Notes: generated by a model from the sequence alone, not told the origin. A DNA stretch of 64,000 bases from a bacterium (GCA_030550715.1 JAUQOU010000006.1:2436-66435), one strand, 5' to 3'. Shown: positions 1-10,402, counted from the first letter of the stretch. Made by a program: numbers and translations.

Positions 1-1
1 A

Positions 2-2317
2 AAGAAAAAGCCGCGAGAAGAGACATTTCAAGCTCCAAAGGAGAGCACACCACCCACACCCGAACCTGAAAAAAAAATTGAAGAAGACAAAAGTTCTGCA
101 AGAGATTTTAAAAAGCACGAGCTGAAAAGAGAGAAAACGGTTCATCACGAGAGAAAAGAAACAAGATCTGAATTCAAGAAAAAGTTCAAACCCCACAGGG
201 AAACTCAACGCCCCCAAACAAAGACACTTAAAACCCAAGAAGAAGAGAAAGAAACACATAAAAAAGAAGAAGCAATAGAAACTGAAAGAAAAACAGAGGA
301 AATAAAAAGAGAAAAAATCCAGCCCGCAAAAGAATTAAAGGAAGAAAAAAAGATTGAAATCAAAACCCAAGAAGCAGAAGAACAAAAAGAAGAAACAATA
401 GAGAGAAAAGAAGAAAAAAAAGAGGAGTTCAGAGAAGAAATAGAGATATTTGAGGGCGGAGAATTCGTAATACCCTTTAGACCAAGAAAACCTTTCTTCA
501 AAAAGAAAAAGAGATTTGATAAACAAGAAAAAATCGTTCAACCACAGCAACCATCATTACCCCAAAAAATAAAAATTCCAGAAGAAATAAGAATAGCAGA
601 CCTATCAAAGATAACCGGAATAAAAGCGTCTGAAATAATCAAAAAACTTCTTGAACTTGGCAAAGAAGCGAATATAAACAGCTTCATAACAAAAGAAGAA
701 GCCGAGCTGATATGTGCTGACTTTGGCATAGAGGTGGAAATAGAAGAATTTGATGAGAGCGCTTTTATTGATACATCACCAGACCCAGAAGATAAACTAA
801 AACCAAGACCACCAGTCGTTGTTGTGATGGGGCATGTTGACCATGGCAAAACAACACTCCTTGACGCCATAAGACAAACAAATATAGCAGAAAAAGAAGT
901 AGGTGGAATAACTCAAAGCATAGGAGCATATACAGTAGAAATCCAGAGAAAAGACACGGGAGAAAAGGGAATAATCACTTTCATAGATACTCCGGGACAC
1001 GAGGCATTCACAGAAATGAGAGCAAGAGGAGCAAAAGTCGCAGATATAGCAGTTCTCGTCGTAGCAGCAGATGAAGGAGTAAAACCACAAACAGAAGAAG
1101 CAATCTCACACGCAAAAGCAGCAGGAGTGCCAATAGTTGTTGCAATAAACAAAATAGATAAACCGGGAGCAAACCCAAACCTCGTCAAAAATCAGCTCGC
1201 TCAAATCGGGTTGATACCCGATGAATGGGGAGGAGATACGCTGTTCGCTGAAATATCTGCAAAAAGAAAAATAGGAATTGAAGACCTCCTTGAAAAAATT
1301 TTGATTCAAGCAGACCTCCTGAACCTAAGGGCTAACCCAGATAGACCAGCAGAAGGAGTAATAATAGAATCAAGCATAGATAAGGGATTTGGATATGTCG
1401 CAACAGTGATAATCCAACGCGGAACTTTGAGAAGAGGAGATATATTTGTCGCAGGATTAACATGGGGAAAAATCAGAAACATCTTTTCAGATAAAGGAAA
1501 AGTGCTCAAAGAAGTTGAACCAGGCTTCCCAGCAAAAATAGTTATTGGAGGAGAAGAGCTTCCGCTTGCGGGAGATAAGCTCTATGCCGTCAAAGATGAG
1601 CAGATCGCCTCAAAAATAGTAGAGGAAAGAAAGAAAAGACAGAAAAAAAGAACTTCAATCTCACTTGAAGAAATTTACCAGAAACTTTCCGAAAGCTCAG
1701 AAAAGGTTGTTCTACCGCTCATTTTGAAAGCGAACTCAAAAGGAGCCCTTGACGCACTTGAAAAAGAAATCAACGAAATCCAAATCCCACAACTTGAAAT
1801 CAGAATAATTCACAAGGGAATAGGAGTTATATCACAGAGCGATATAAACCTCGCATCAGCATCAAACGGAATTGTGATAGGATACAGCGTAGGGATAGAA
1901 AAACAAGCTCAAAACCTCGCAAAAATGCACGGAGTTCAGGTGAGATTATATAAAATAATCTACGAAATAGTTGATGATATTAAAAAAGCAGCTCAGGGGC
2001 TTTTGAAACCAAAAGAAAAAGAGGTTATAGTCGGCAGAGCAAAAGTTCTCAAAATATTCAAACTTTCCGTAGGAAAAGTCCTCGGATGCATCGTGGAAAG
2101 CGGAAAACTCTCACTTGGACTATACGCAAGAGTAAAAAGAAATGGAAACATAATATGCGAAGGAAAAATCACATCTCTGAAAAGATTTAAGGATTCTGTT
2201 CAGGAAGTAAAAGAAGGTGAAGAGTGCGGAGTTCTGCTTGAAGGATTAACCGATGTCAAAGAAGAAGATATAATTGAATGCTACCAAATCGTTAAAGAAG
2301 AAATAAAAATCGTGTAA
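2..2317 (+). CDS. infB: Translation initiation factor IF-2 (5' end outside window)
   Basis: Frame 2 is open from the window edge. It has a K/E-rich N-terminal region and an IF2_N-like segment ([30 protein letters not shown]). GTPase motifs are [20 protein letters not shown] and NKIDK. The GTG at 734 in the ORF track is an internal codon. Confidence 0.95.
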   Translation, partial: KKKPREETFQAPKESTPPTPEPEKKIEEDKSSARDFKKHELKREKTVHHERKETRSEFKKKFKPHRETQRPQTKTLKTQEEEKETHKKEEAIETERKTEEIKREKIQPAKELKEEKKIEIKTQEAEEQKEETIERKEEKKEEFREEIEIFEGGEFVIPFRPRKPFFKKKKRFDKQEKIVQPQQPSLPQKIKIPEEIRIADLSKITGIKASEIIKKLLELGKEANINSFITKEEAELICADFGIEVEIEEFDESAFIDTSPDPEDKLKPRPPVVVVMGHVDHGKTTLLDAIRQTNIAEKEVGGITQSIGAYTVEIQRKDTGEKGIITFIDTPGHEAFTEMRARGAKVADIAVLVVAADEGVKPQTEEAISHAKAAGVPIVVAINKIDKPGANPNLVKNQLAQIGLIPDEWGGDTLFAEISAKRKIGIEDLLEKILIQADLLNLRANPDRPAEGVIIESSIDKGFGYVATVIIQRGTLRRGDIFVAGLTWGKIRNIFSDKGKVLKEVEPGFPAKIVIGGEELPLAGDKLYAVKDEQIASKIVEERKKRQKKRTSISLEEIYQKLSESSEKVVLPLILKANSKGALDALEKEINEIQIPQLEIRIIHKGIGVISQSDINLASASNGIVIGYSVGIEKQAQNLAKMHGVQVRLYKIIYEIVDDIKKAAQGLLKPKEKEVIVGRAKVLKIFKLSVGKVLGCIVESGKLSLGLYARVKRNGNIICEGKITSLKRFKDSVQEVKEGEECGVLLEGLTDVKEEDIIECYQIVKEEIKIV

Positions 2318-2372
2318 AATCAAAAGAAAATAACCCAAAACTTCTGGTGAGATGAAATTTAGCAGAAAGGGC

Positions 2373-2399
2373 GCCGGGGATAACTATTCAATCCCCGGC
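2373..2399. terminator. GC-rich hairpin between convergent infB and the lipoprotein gene (putative bidirectional terminator)
   Basis: Perfect inverted repeat GCCGGGGAT-N9-ATCCCCGGC in an otherwise AT-rich gap. There is no clean U-tract on the + strand and only a weak T-rich run on the - strand. Confidence 0.5.
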
Positions 2400-2412
2400 A
2401 AAACCCAAAAGA

Positions 2413-3996
2413 TTACATGCCCTTTGTCTTTGCCTCCTCAGCAATCTTTTCTTTGGTCTTCTCTCCTGCCTCACAGATATCAAAGTTTTTCACCGAGATC
2501 TCTTTATTGTCTTTTTTGACCACCACATCTGTTTCACAAACACAACCCGACCTGAAACTCACTTCAACAACGAAGTTCTTACCATCTTTTGTCCTCACAT
2601 TAGATTTTACTATACCACCAGAAGGTTTATTACAGCCCTTTTCAAGAACGAGATTTTCAAAAGATACATTTATTTCTTTGCCGTCTTCTTTCTGAATGCC
2701 TGTATTACCAGAAATTATGAACTTTTTATCATCTTTATCTTTTATGATTGTGAGGTTATGAGAGTACGATTTTACAATGTTGCCGTTGACTCTGAGAGTA
2801 TTTGTTATTGCAAGAGCAAACTCCCCTGTTGAGGCGGGCTGAATATACTTATATCTATAAGCAGAAACGGAAAAATTGGTTGAAGGAGAGGAGAATGAAA
2901 CATCAACGCTCGTCTCCTTCAACAGAGATTTTGGATTATCTCTCTTTTCTCTCTTGTGAGAACCTTTTACCGTAATTTTTTCAGAATTAGCGGTCAAGTT
3001 CAATTGAAAAGTGGTATTAAGCGAAGTTCCTTTTGATATATTAGCAGAAATATCACCGCTTAAATCATATTTTTTCTGAGTAGAATAATCTGTTAAAGAT
3101 ACATTAAAAGATGAGGACATACTACCTGACTTATCAAGGGCATTCCAGCTCATAGTTCTTTCACCGCTTCCAGAAACATACCTTCCTTCTTCTGTATCGT
3201 CAATCTTTATATCTTTCACCTTAACGCTTTCGGTTCCTGGTTTAAAATCAGCAAAAACGGCTCCTGTTATAAAATTCACATATTCATCTTGCGACTTGGA
3301 GAATTTCAGATTGTTGAAGGTTATAGAAGCAGTAAGGTTGGTTTTTGAAGTAATTGTTGCTGCCAACGAGAATTCTCCCGAAACCTTATATCCATCAACA
3401 TCACAACTTGAAATTACTACTCTGCTGCAGGAGATCTCAATAGGTAAAGATGATGATTGAGGAAGTTTCTCACAGGACCAGTTTTTATTATAACACTTTC
3501 CTAAATTCAGCATTAGATCTCTTATTAGTACAGCTATTAGTACAGCATATCTTTTCCCGAGCTTTTCAGCATTTTCATCAAAAATATGTTTAAGTTTTTC
3601 AATCTTCTCTATTTCGCTTTTTGGAAGGTATAGTGTGAGAGCTTCTTCAAAGTTCAGCTCATTTTTTACTTCATTTTCTATATCATCAGAACTACTTGCA
3701 GAATCTTCTTTTCCGAGGATACGAGGAGCCCTTCCCGTAAGAAGATTTACTTCCTGAATTGAGGTTTCTATAAGGAGCGGGTTAAGCTCTGTTTCAGTCA
3801 AAAGAGCGACCTCGCCAGCAGAATCAGTAACAGCGCTTTGTATCTCCTGCTGAGTATTCGGGTCAAGCTGTGATATGTCTACTTTATTAGTAGTTTCCTC
3901 TCCTTTCCCTCCTGCACAGCCGAAATAAAGTAATCCAAAACCGAAAAGAAAAGCCAAAAGTTTGCCAAAAGTTATATTTATTTTTTTACTTAACAT
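2413..3996 (-). CDS. Large Cys-rich lipoprotein, unknown function
   Basis: 527 aa. Signal peptide with lipobox (LLYFGC|AGG) and SD GGAGGTG 7 nt upstream of the ATG. S/T/N/K-rich beta-like body with Cys clusters (SCEKL..ISCSRVVISSCD; GCNK..SGCVCE..DICEAG). No recognisable catalytic motif. Confidence 0.75.
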   Translation of the reverse strand: MLSKKINITFGKLLAFLFGFGLLYFGCAGGKGEETTNKVDISQLDPNTQQEIQSAVTDSAGEVALLTETELNPLLIETSIQEVNLLTGRAPRILGKEDSASSSDDIENEVKNELNFEEALTLYLPKSEIEKIEKLKHIFDENAEKLGKRYAVLIAVLIRDLMLNLGKCYNKNWSCEKLPQSSSLPIEISCSRVVISSCDVDGYKVSGEFSLAATITSKTNLTASITFNNLKFSKSQDEYVNFITGAVFADFKPGTESVKVKDIKIDDTEEGRYVSGSGERTMSWNALDKSGSMSSSFNVSLTDYSTQKKYDLSGDISANISKGTSLNTTFQLNLTANSEKITVKGSHKREKRDNPKSLLKETSVDVSFSSPSTNFSVSAYRYKYIQPASTGEFALAITNTLRVNGNIVKSYSHNLTIIKDKDDKKFIISGNTGIQKEDGKEINVSFENLVLEKGCNKPSGGIVKSNVRTKDGKNFVVEVSFRSGCVCETDVVVKKDNKEISVKNFDICEAGEKTKEKIAEEAKTKGM

Positions 3997-4025
3997 GTTC
4001 TTTCACCTCCTTTCACAGAATAGTA

Positions 4026-4041
4026 AGCAAAAGTCATTCCA
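4026..4041 (-). promoter_or_regulatory. Candidate sigma-54 (-24/-12) promoter of the 2413..3996 lipoprotein gene
   Basis: The minus strand reads TGGAATGACTTTTGCT against consensus TGGCACG-N4-TTGCW. The GG and GC are correctly spaced and 10 of 12 defined positions match. It lies 30 nt upstream of the ATG at 3996, leaving the SD inside a short leader. Confidence 0.45.
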
Positions 4042-4069
4042 TATTCAGAATATCAGAAAAACAGCAGAA

Positions 4070-4102
4070 CTGGATACTTCAATAACCAATCTCTGGATAC
4101 TT
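4070..4102. repeat. Two exact 10-bp direct repeats (CTGGATACTT on +, AAGTATCCAG on -) 23 bp apart, upstream of the sigma-54-like element
   Basis: Copies at 4070..4079 and 4093..4102 in the divergent lipoprotein/uppS intergenic region. Confidence 0.6.
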
Positions 4103-4176
4103 TCATACCCAGAAGAAAACAGAAAAATAAAAGGTCAAAAAAAGAAAAAGAAAAGCAAGAACTAAAATGAATAAAA

Positions 4177-4920
4177 ATGAGAGGTTTGAAAATACCTTAT
4201 CATGTTGCGATAATAATGGACGGGAACGGGAGATGGGCTCAGAAGAGAAACCTACCAAGAATAGAAGGACACAGAGAAGGAGCAAAATCGGTTGATGATG
4301 TCGTTGAGACAGCAAGAAAAATAGGCGTAAAATTCCTCACTCTCTACGCATTTTCAAAAGATAACTGGAAGAGACCGAAAGAAGAGGTCTCCGCTCTCAT
4401 AACGCTTCTCAGAGATTACATCAAAAAAGAGAAGGAAAGAATGAAGAAAAACGGAATAAGATTTAATGTCGTTGGGGACATAAAAGATTTCCCAAAATAT
4501 GTCCAGAAACAAATAAAAGAGGTGATGGAATACACGAAAGATTGTGATAAAATGACCCTTACCCTTGCACTGAGCTACTCAGGGAAAAACGAAATAGTCA
4601 AAGCGGTGAAAAAAATCGCTCATCTTGTGAAGAAAAACAAGTTATCACCAAAAGAGATAAATCAGGAACTCCTGCAAAAATTAATGGGACTTCCAGATGT
4701 TGAACTCCTTATAAGAACATCAGGGGAGATGAGAATTTCTGATTTTCTGCTCTGGCAGATTTCATATGCAGAACTTTACTTCACAAAAAAACTCTGGCCA
4801 GATTTCAGGGGAAAGGACCTCATAAAAGCCATAAGATGGTTCTCAAAGAGAGAAAGAAGGTTCGGAATGACATCAGAGCAGATAAAAAAATTAGAAGTTG
4901 AAAAAAGTGAGAAAATATAA
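4177..4920 (+). CDS. uppS: Undecaprenyl-diphosphate synthase (cis-prenyltransferase)
   Basis: HVAIIMDGNGRWA motif, RTSGEMRISDFLLWQ motif, 247 aa. Confidence 0.95.
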   Translation: MRGLKIPYHVAIIMDGNGRWAQKRNLPRIEGHREGAKSVDDVVETARKIGVKFLTLYAFSKDNWKRPKEEVSALITLLRDYIKKEKERMKKNGIRFNVVGDIKDFPKYVQKQIKEVMEYTKDCDKMTLTLALSYSGKNEIVKAVKKIAHLVKKNKLSPKEINQELLQKLMGLPDVELLIRTSGEMRISDFLLWQISYAELYFTKKLWPDFRGKDLIKAIRWFSKRERRFGMTSEQIKKLEVEKSEKI

Positions 4921-4965
4921 TTTTGCCACAAAAAAATGAGCTGAAAATTTTAAAATTACTTATAG

Positions 4966-5238
4966 ATGGTAATTGAATTTCTTGCAAAACTCATAATATC
5001 TCTTGCAGTTATGACATCATTTTTGTTCGGTCTCATATGGTTTATGAAAAAAAGAGGATTATTACTTATCCCTTTCCAAAATATTGATCATCAGAAAATG
5101 CAAATCACATCTTTTTTAAAGCTCACCCCAAAAGCATACCTTTTCACAGTTAAAATAGAAAATAAGGAGTTAGTCGTAGGAGTCACAGACAAAAACATAA
5201 ATTTAGTTTATGAAATAGATCAAAAACAACAAAAATAA
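4966..5238 (+). CDS. Small single-TM protein, FliO-like
   Basis: 90 aa. N-terminal TM helix followed by KKRG, then a pattern typical of FliO (MQITSFLKLTPKAYLFTVKIENKELVVGVTDKNINLVYEI). No fliPQR genes nearby. Confidence 0.4.
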   Translation: MVIEFLAKLIISLAVMTSFLFGLIWFMKKRGLLLIPFQNIDHQKMQITSFLKLTPKAYLFTVKIENKELVVGVTDKNINLVYEIDQKQQK

Positions 5239-5339
5239 ATCCGCAAAAATCAGTGCGATTTGCAAACCAAAAGAAAACTTGAATTTACAAAAATAATCTA
5301 CCACTATACATACTCTAAAAAAAAGGAGGTATATCTCAT

Positions 5340-6920
5340 ATGAGCGGAGAAAATATAAAAGAGAAGGAGACAAAGCGAAAGAGCAAATACGAAATACTTC
5401 TTGAAAAAGAAAAAAAACTCTTTTCCGCAGGTGGAAAAGATAAAATAGAAAAACAGCACAAGGAAGGGAAACTCACAGCCCGCGAAAGATTACAGCTACT
5501 ATTTGATAACGGAGAATTTGAAGAAATAGATAGGTTCGTAGAACACAGAATCACAGAATTCGGAATGGGAGACAAAAAATTTTTAGGAGACGGAGTAATA
5601 GTTGGTTATGGGAAAGTAGATGGTAGATTAGTTTTTGCTTTCTCGCAGGACTTCACGGTCTTCGGTGGCTCACTCGGTGAAATGTTTGCGAAAAAAGTAT
5701 GCAAAATCTTTGACATGGCAGCAAAAACCGGCTCCCCAATAATAGGTCTGAACGACTCCGGCGGAGCCAGAATTCAGGAAGGAGTCCTATCGCTCGGAGG
5801 ATACGGAGATATATTTTTGAGAAATGTAAGGTATTCCGGAGTTATACCTCAGATATCGGCGATAATGGGACCCTGCGCTGGAGGAGCTGTATACTCACCG
5901 GCAATAACTGACTTCATATTCCTCGTCAAAAAAACAAGCTATATGTTCATCACTGGACCTGATGTCACAAAAGCTGCAACATTTGAGGAAGTGACAAAAG
6001 AGGAATTAGGAGGTCCCGAAATTCACATGGAAAAATCAGGTGTTGCACATTTTCTCGCAGAGAACGACGAGGATTGCATAGAGAAAATAAGAAAGCTTCT
6101 TTCTTATCTGCCAAGGAACTATCTTGAAGACCCACCATTTATACCTTCCGAAGACCCAGAAAACAGAAAAGTAGAAGAGTTAAAAAACATAATTCCTGAG
6201 GACCCAAACTTAGCGTTTGATGTGAGAGATGTAATAAACACAGTGGTAGATAGAGATAGCTTTTTTGAGGTTCAGAGCGGTTATGCTCAGAACATAGTTA
6301 TTGGTTTTGCGAGAATGGCAGGAAAAGTTGTGGGTATAGTTGCGAATAATCCAGCTCACCTTGCAGGTTGTCTTGATATAAACTCTTCCGAAAAGGCAGC
6401 AAGATTTGTCAGGTTCTGCGATTGCTTCAACATACCAATCGTAACATTTGTTGATGTTCCGGGTTTCCTTCCTGGCACAGCACAAGAACACAACGGAATA
6501 ATAAGAAGAGGAGCAAAACTTCTTTACGCTTATGCAGAAGCAACAGTTCCGAAAATAACCTTGATCATGAGAAAAGCTTATGGTGGAGCTTATGTCGTTA
6601 TGGGTTCTCGCCATCTCCTTGCAGATGTCGTCTTTGCACTCCCACAAGCTGAAATAGCTGTGATGGGAGCAGAAGGAGCAGTAGATATAATTTTCAGAAA
6701 AGAAATCCAATCTTCTCCCGACCCCAAATCAGCAAGAGAAAAATTCATCAACGATTACAAAAAGAACTTCGCAAATCCCTGGAAAGCAGCAGCACTTGGA
6801 TTCATAGACGATGTGATAAAACCAGAAGATGTGAGAATAAAAATCATAAAAGCCCTACATGCTCTTGAAGACAAAGTTGATAAATTGCCACCGAAAAAAC
6901 ACGGAAATATACCCCTCTGA
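5340..6920 (+). CDS. Acyl-CoA carboxylase carboxyltransferase subunit (PccB / methylmalonyl-CoA decarboxylase alpha family)
   Basis: 526 aa. Typical carboxyltransferase blocks ([60 protein letters not shown]). SD GGAGG upstream. Confidence 0.9.
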   Translation: MSGENIKEKETKRKSKYEILLEKEKKLFSAGGKDKIEKQHKEGKLTARERLQLLFDNGEFEEIDRFVEHRITEFGMGDKKFLGDGVIVGYGKVDGRLVFAFSQDFTVFGGSLGEMFAKKVCKIFDMAAKTGSPIIGLNDSGGARIQEGVLSLGGYGDIFLRNVRYSGVIPQISAIMGPCAGGAVYSPAITDFIFLVKKTSYMFITGPDVTKAATFEEVTKEELGGPEIHMEKSGVAHFLAENDEDCIEKIRKLLSYLPRNYLEDPPFIPSEDPENRKVEELKNIIPEDPNLAFDVRDVINTVVDRDSFFEVQSGYAQNIVIGFARMAGKVVGIVANNPAHLAGCLDINSSEKAARFVRFCDCFNIPIVTFVDVPGFLPGTAQEHNGIIRRGAKLLYAYAEATVPKITLIMRKAYGGAYVVMGSRHLLADVVFALPQAEIAVMGAEGAVDIIFRKEIQSSPDPKSAREKFINDYKKNFANPWKAAALGFIDDVIKPEDVRIKIIKALHALEDKVDKLPPKKHGNIPL

Positions 6921-6948
6921 GAAAAGCTCTACAAATAAATAAAAAAGT

Positions 6949-7911
6949 ATGGAGCAGAGAAAAGAGAAAAAATTTGTAGTTCTATTTCCCGGTCAGGGAA
7001 GTCAATCGGTAGGGATGGGATACGACTCAAAAGAAGATGAGACAGTATCTTATTTTTTAAAGAGAGCAGATGAAGTTCTGAACTTTCCTCTATCTTCGCT
7101 TATGTTCAGTGGTCCAGAAGAAGAGCTGACCCTTACTGAAAATGCACAGCCAGCAATATTTACTTTGAGCTACGCTCTATTTCAGGTGATGAAAAGAGAG
7201 TTCTCAAAGAATGGGAAGGAGCTAAAGAACTTTTGTGTTTCCGCAGGTCACAGCTTAGGAGAATACACAGCTGTCTCATGCGCAGGAGCAATCTCTTTTG
7301 AAGACGCCCTGCAGGTCGTCAGATTCAGAGGGAAATTCATGCAGGAAGCCGTTCCCAAAGGAGAAGGAGCTATGGTGGCTATACTATCAAACCTTGAAGT
7401 GATACAAGAAATAATCAAAAACAAAGAAAATGTCTGGATATCTAATATCAACTCCGAAAATCAAATTGTTCTTTCGGGCAAAAAATCAGCAGTAGATACA
7501 ATTTGTGAAGAGATGAAAGAGAAAAAAATAAAGTTTATCCCTCTTAAAGTTTCTGCTCCTTTCCACTGTCCGCTCATGGAAAAGGCAAAGGAAAAACTCT
7601 CAAAAGTTATGGAAAAAATAAGTGAGAACGGATTTGACTTTCCTGTTATCTCCGCTCACACCCTTGAGTTTTATACAAAAGAAAAGTTAAAAGAAACTCT
7701 GCTTTACGGAATTGTTGCACCGGTAAATTTTCTCGGTTGCATAAAAAAACTACACAGCATGGGATTTGATACATTCGTTGAGGTAGGACCCGGAAAAGTT
7801 CTCTCTTCGCTCGTCAAAAGAATAATTCCCTCCTCAAAAGCTATTTCTATAAACTCAGTCAAAGATGCAATAGAATTCGCCAGAGAATTTTTTGCAGAAA
7901 TTTCGCGGTAA
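6949..7911 (+). CDS. fabD: Malonyl-CoA:ACP transacylase
   Basis: FPGQGSQSVGMG and GHSLGEYTA active-site motifs, 320 aa. Confidence 0.9.
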   Translation: MEQRKEKKFVVLFPGQGSQSVGMGYDSKEDETVSYFLKRADEVLNFPLSSLMFSGPEEELTLTENAQPAIFTLSYALFQVMKREFSKNGKELKNFCVSAGHSLGEYTAVSCAGAISFEDALQVVRFRGKFMQEAVPKGEGAMVAILSNLEVIQEIIKNKENVWISNINSENQIVLSGKKSAVDTICEEMKEKKIKFIPLKVSAPFHCPLMEKAKEKLSKVMEKISENGFDFPVISAHTLEFYTKEKLKETLLYGIVAPVNFLGCIKKLHSMGFDTFVEVGPGKVLSSLVKRIIPSSKAISINSVKDAIEFAREFFAEISR

Positions 7912-8014
7912 AACTTCGGCTCATAAATCTCCCGTTCAAGCTACTTTTAATAAAGCGAATTAATAAAATTTTAAGATTTGAGAAAAGTTCGTAATTGATA
8001 AAAGGAGGTGAAAA

Positions 8015-8911
8015 ATGCAGAAATTAAGCACAGAATACATAGCACATGAGGAGGACGAAAGAGCTAGCGGAAAAGAGCAAAAAAAAATCTACATAGGAAC
8101 TGCTGGAATTCCCCATTCAGTTGAACCCGAAAGCGGAGAGGAGCTAACATTAGCTGGCATAAGAAAGATAAAAGAGCTGTCGCTCTCTGCCATGGAAATA
8201 GAGTTCGTAAAGGGAATCTACATAAAGGAAGAGCTTGCAAAAAAAGTCAAAGAGACGTCAGAAAAATACGGAGTAATACTGACAGCACACGCACCATACT
8301 ACATAAATTTTGGAAATCCCGAAAAAGCAGTTCAATCAGAGCAGATTCTACTTCAAACAATAAAAATAGCAGGGCTATGCGGAATAAAGTCAATAGCGTT
8401 CCATCCATCATACTACATGGGGCAAAGCAGTGAAGTAATTTTCAACAGAGTCAAAAATTCGCTCAAAAAAGTCATTTTTGTCGCAAAAAAGAAAGGAATA
8501 CTGAAATCAGATATAAGACCTGAAACCGCAGGAAAAATTTATCAGTTCGGAGATTTAGATGAGATAATAAAACTTTGCAGGGAAATAAAGGAGCTCAAAC
8601 CTTGTATAGATTTCGCTCACATATACGCAAGGTCAAAAGGTCAAATAAACGGATACGACGGTTTTATGAAAGTTATGGAAAAAATACACAAAGAACTCGG
8701 AGATATTGCAATAGAAGATATGCACTGCCACATAGAAGGAATAGAATTTGATTCAAACGGAGAAAAAAGGCATGTTGATTTTGAGAGGTCTGAAATTGAT
8801 ATAAGGGGATTAGCAAAGGCGTTAAAAGAGAGCAAAGCAAAAGGAGTGATAATCTGCGAAAGTCCCTCTCTTGAAAAAGATGCTCTGATCTTAGCAGAAA
8901 TCCTTATGTGA
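8015..8911 (+). CDS. Endonuclease IV / xylose-isomerase-like TIM-barrel family protein
   Basis: 298 aa. Metal-ligand-like pattern in the Endo IV order (TAHAPYY, AFHPSYY, RPETAG, IDFAHIY, HCHIEG, ICESP). SD AAGGAGGTG upstream. Confidence 0.55.
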   Translation: MQKLSTEYIAHEEDERASGKEQKKIYIGTAGIPHSVEPESGEELTLAGIRKIKELSLSAMEIEFVKGIYIKEELAKKVKETSEKYGVILTAHAPYYINFGNPEKAVQSEQILLQTIKIAGLCGIKSIAFHPSYYMGQSSEVIFNRVKNSLKKVIFVAKKKGILKSDIRPETAGKIYQFGDLDEIIKLCREIKELKPCIDFAHIYARSKGQINGYDGFMKVMEKIHKELGDIAIEDMHCHIEGIEFDSNGEKRHVDFERSEIDIRGLAKALKESKAKGVIICESPSLEKDALILAEILM

Positions 8912-9768
8912 AGATGGTGGGAAAAAACATAAAAGAACCGGTATATCTTGGACTTATAGGTTTTCCCGCGTTTCACTCACTTTCTCCACGAATGCATAAA
9001 AAAGCTCTAAAATTGCTCAACATCAACGGCGAATATCTGGCTTTTGAAATCCCACCAGAAAGATTTGAAAAAGCGGTTGAAGGAGCAAAAAATTTAGGTT
9101 TCAGAGGACTCAACATCACTCTGCCCTTCAAAGAAAGAGCTTACAAAATAAGTGATGAGATTGGCTCAGATGAGGTAAAATTCATAGGTTCAGCAAACAC
9201 ACTCCTTTTTGAAACGGGAAAGATAAAGTGCTTCAACACAGATGTGTTCGGATTTGAAAAAGCGCTCGAAAAAAAAGGATATTCAATTGAAGGAAAAAAA
9301 ATAGCGGTAATAGGAGCCGGCGGAGCTGGAAGAGCGATAGTTTTTTCCTCACTCAAAAACAAGGCAAAAAAAATCACAATATTCAACAGAACAAAAAACA
9401 AGGCGGAAAAAATAGCCGAGGATATGCAATCTCTTCAATCAAAAACAGAAATAGAGATAAAAGACCTGAAAGAAATAGATATTGATGAATTTGATATAGT
9501 AGTGAACGCCACAAGTTTAGGATGGAAAGATGAAAATGTGCTTGATATCTTTCAAAGAGTAAAAATGAAAAAGAATCAAGGAGAAAGGAAACTTTTTTTT
9601 GATACCGTATACAGAAAAACCCCGTTTCTTAAAGAAGCAGAAAAATTAGGGTATGATACGGAGGACGGAAAATGGATGCTTGTTCTCCAAGGAGCAAAAA
9701 GCTTTGAGATATGGTTGGGCATATATCCCCCAGAAGAAGATATGCTCAAAGAAATAGAAAATATATGA
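8908..9768 (+). CDS. aroE: Shikimate 5-dehydrogenase
   Basis: GLIGFPAFHSLSPRMH, NITLPFK, NTDVFGF and GAGGAGRA motifs. The GTG at 8908 overlaps the upstream stop; the ATG at 8914 is an alternative start. Confidence 0.9.
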   Translation: MKMVGKNIKEPVYLGLIGFPAFHSLSPRMHKKALKLLNINGEYLAFEIPPERFEKAVEGAKNLGFRGLNITLPFKERAYKISDEIGSDEVKFIGSANTLLFETGKIKCFNTDVFGFEKALEKKGYSIEGKKIAVIGAGGAGRAIVFSSLKNKAKKITIFNRTKNKAEKIAEDMQSLQSKTEIEIKDLKEIDIDEFDIVVNATSLGWKDENVLDIFQRVKMKKNQGERKLFFDTVYRKTPFLKEAEKLGYDTEDGKWMLVLQGAKSFEIWLGIYPPEEDMLKEIENI

Positions 9769-9772
9769 AAAA

Positions 9773-10396
9773 ATGCTTGGCGAAAAAACAATAAAAACCG
9801 AGAAAAAATCAAAGATTAAATTAAGCTTCAATATCACAGTAATAGCTATTTTGCTTTTGATTTTGCTTCCAAGCACAACAAACTCACACAAAATAGAACA
9901 CAGGAGATACATAAAACTTTATGTCGGGCAAGATAAGATAACTTTATTGATTGTTTTCAGAGTTCCGCCGGGAGAATCGGCTTTCAAAATACGAAAGGAA
10001 AACGACATAAACCGAAATGATTTCATAGATGATGATGAACTCGAAAGAATAAAAGATATGTTAGCTTTTGAATCTATAAGGGGCTTATCAGTAAGGTTTC
10101 AGAAAAGACCCGTAAATATCAAGGTCATAAGAAAAGATGTGGAATTAGCAAGAGAGTCGTATTCTTCTCTTGAGATCACAGGAATTTTTGAGGTAGCTAT
10201 ATGGCTTGCCCCAGCGCCACCGCCCCCCAAATTCTCAATATCAATAACAGAAAATCTATACGACCACTCACACCTTGAACTTGAATCTCAATTCAAATTC
10301 AAAGTAGAAAAAGGGAAATTATCAGAAGACGAAGAAGGTAAAATAGTGGGAGAGCTGAAAAGGTTTGAACCAATATCAATAACCTTTGAGTGGTAG
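9773..10396 (+). CDS. Exported/anchored hypothetical protein with one EF-hand-type loop
   Basis: 207 aa. N-terminal hydrophobic segment (ITVIAILLLILLP). DINRNDFIDDDEL (nt 10004..10039 plus L) fits the canonical 12-residue EF-hand loop pattern. Confidence 0.6.
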   Translation: MLGEKTIKTEKKSKIKLSFNITVIAILLLILLPSTTNSHKIEHRRYIKLYVGQDKITLLIVFRVPPGESAFKIRKENDINRNDFIDDDELERIKDMLAFESIRGLSVRFQKRPVNIKVIRKDVELARESYSSLEITGIFEVAIWLAPAPPPPKFSISITENLYDHSHLELESQFKFKVEKGKLSEDEEGKIVGELKRFEPISITFEW

Positions 10397-10402
10397 TTAA
10401 GA

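Noticed and set aside
734-736. GTG at 734 offered as the infB start
   Set aside because: The same frame is open back to nt 2 and encodes the IF2_N-like segment and typical K/E-rich N-terminal region, so the gene starts upstream of the window.
205-870. Three overlapping minus-strand ORFs (98, 71 and 110 aa) rich in S/F/L
   Set aside because: They are antisense to the purine-rich K/E-coding N-terminal part of infB, so they are low-complexity mirror-image ORFs and not genes.
6210-6710. Long antisense ORFs inside well-supported genes (6210..6710, 16935..17471, 27870..28313, 41297..41815, 61007..61654 and similar)
   Set aside because: Each lies fully inside a CDS with clear family motifs on the opposite strand. 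Their S/F/L/I-rich composition is what antisense translation of A/G-rich codons produces. None has an SD or a recognisable motif.
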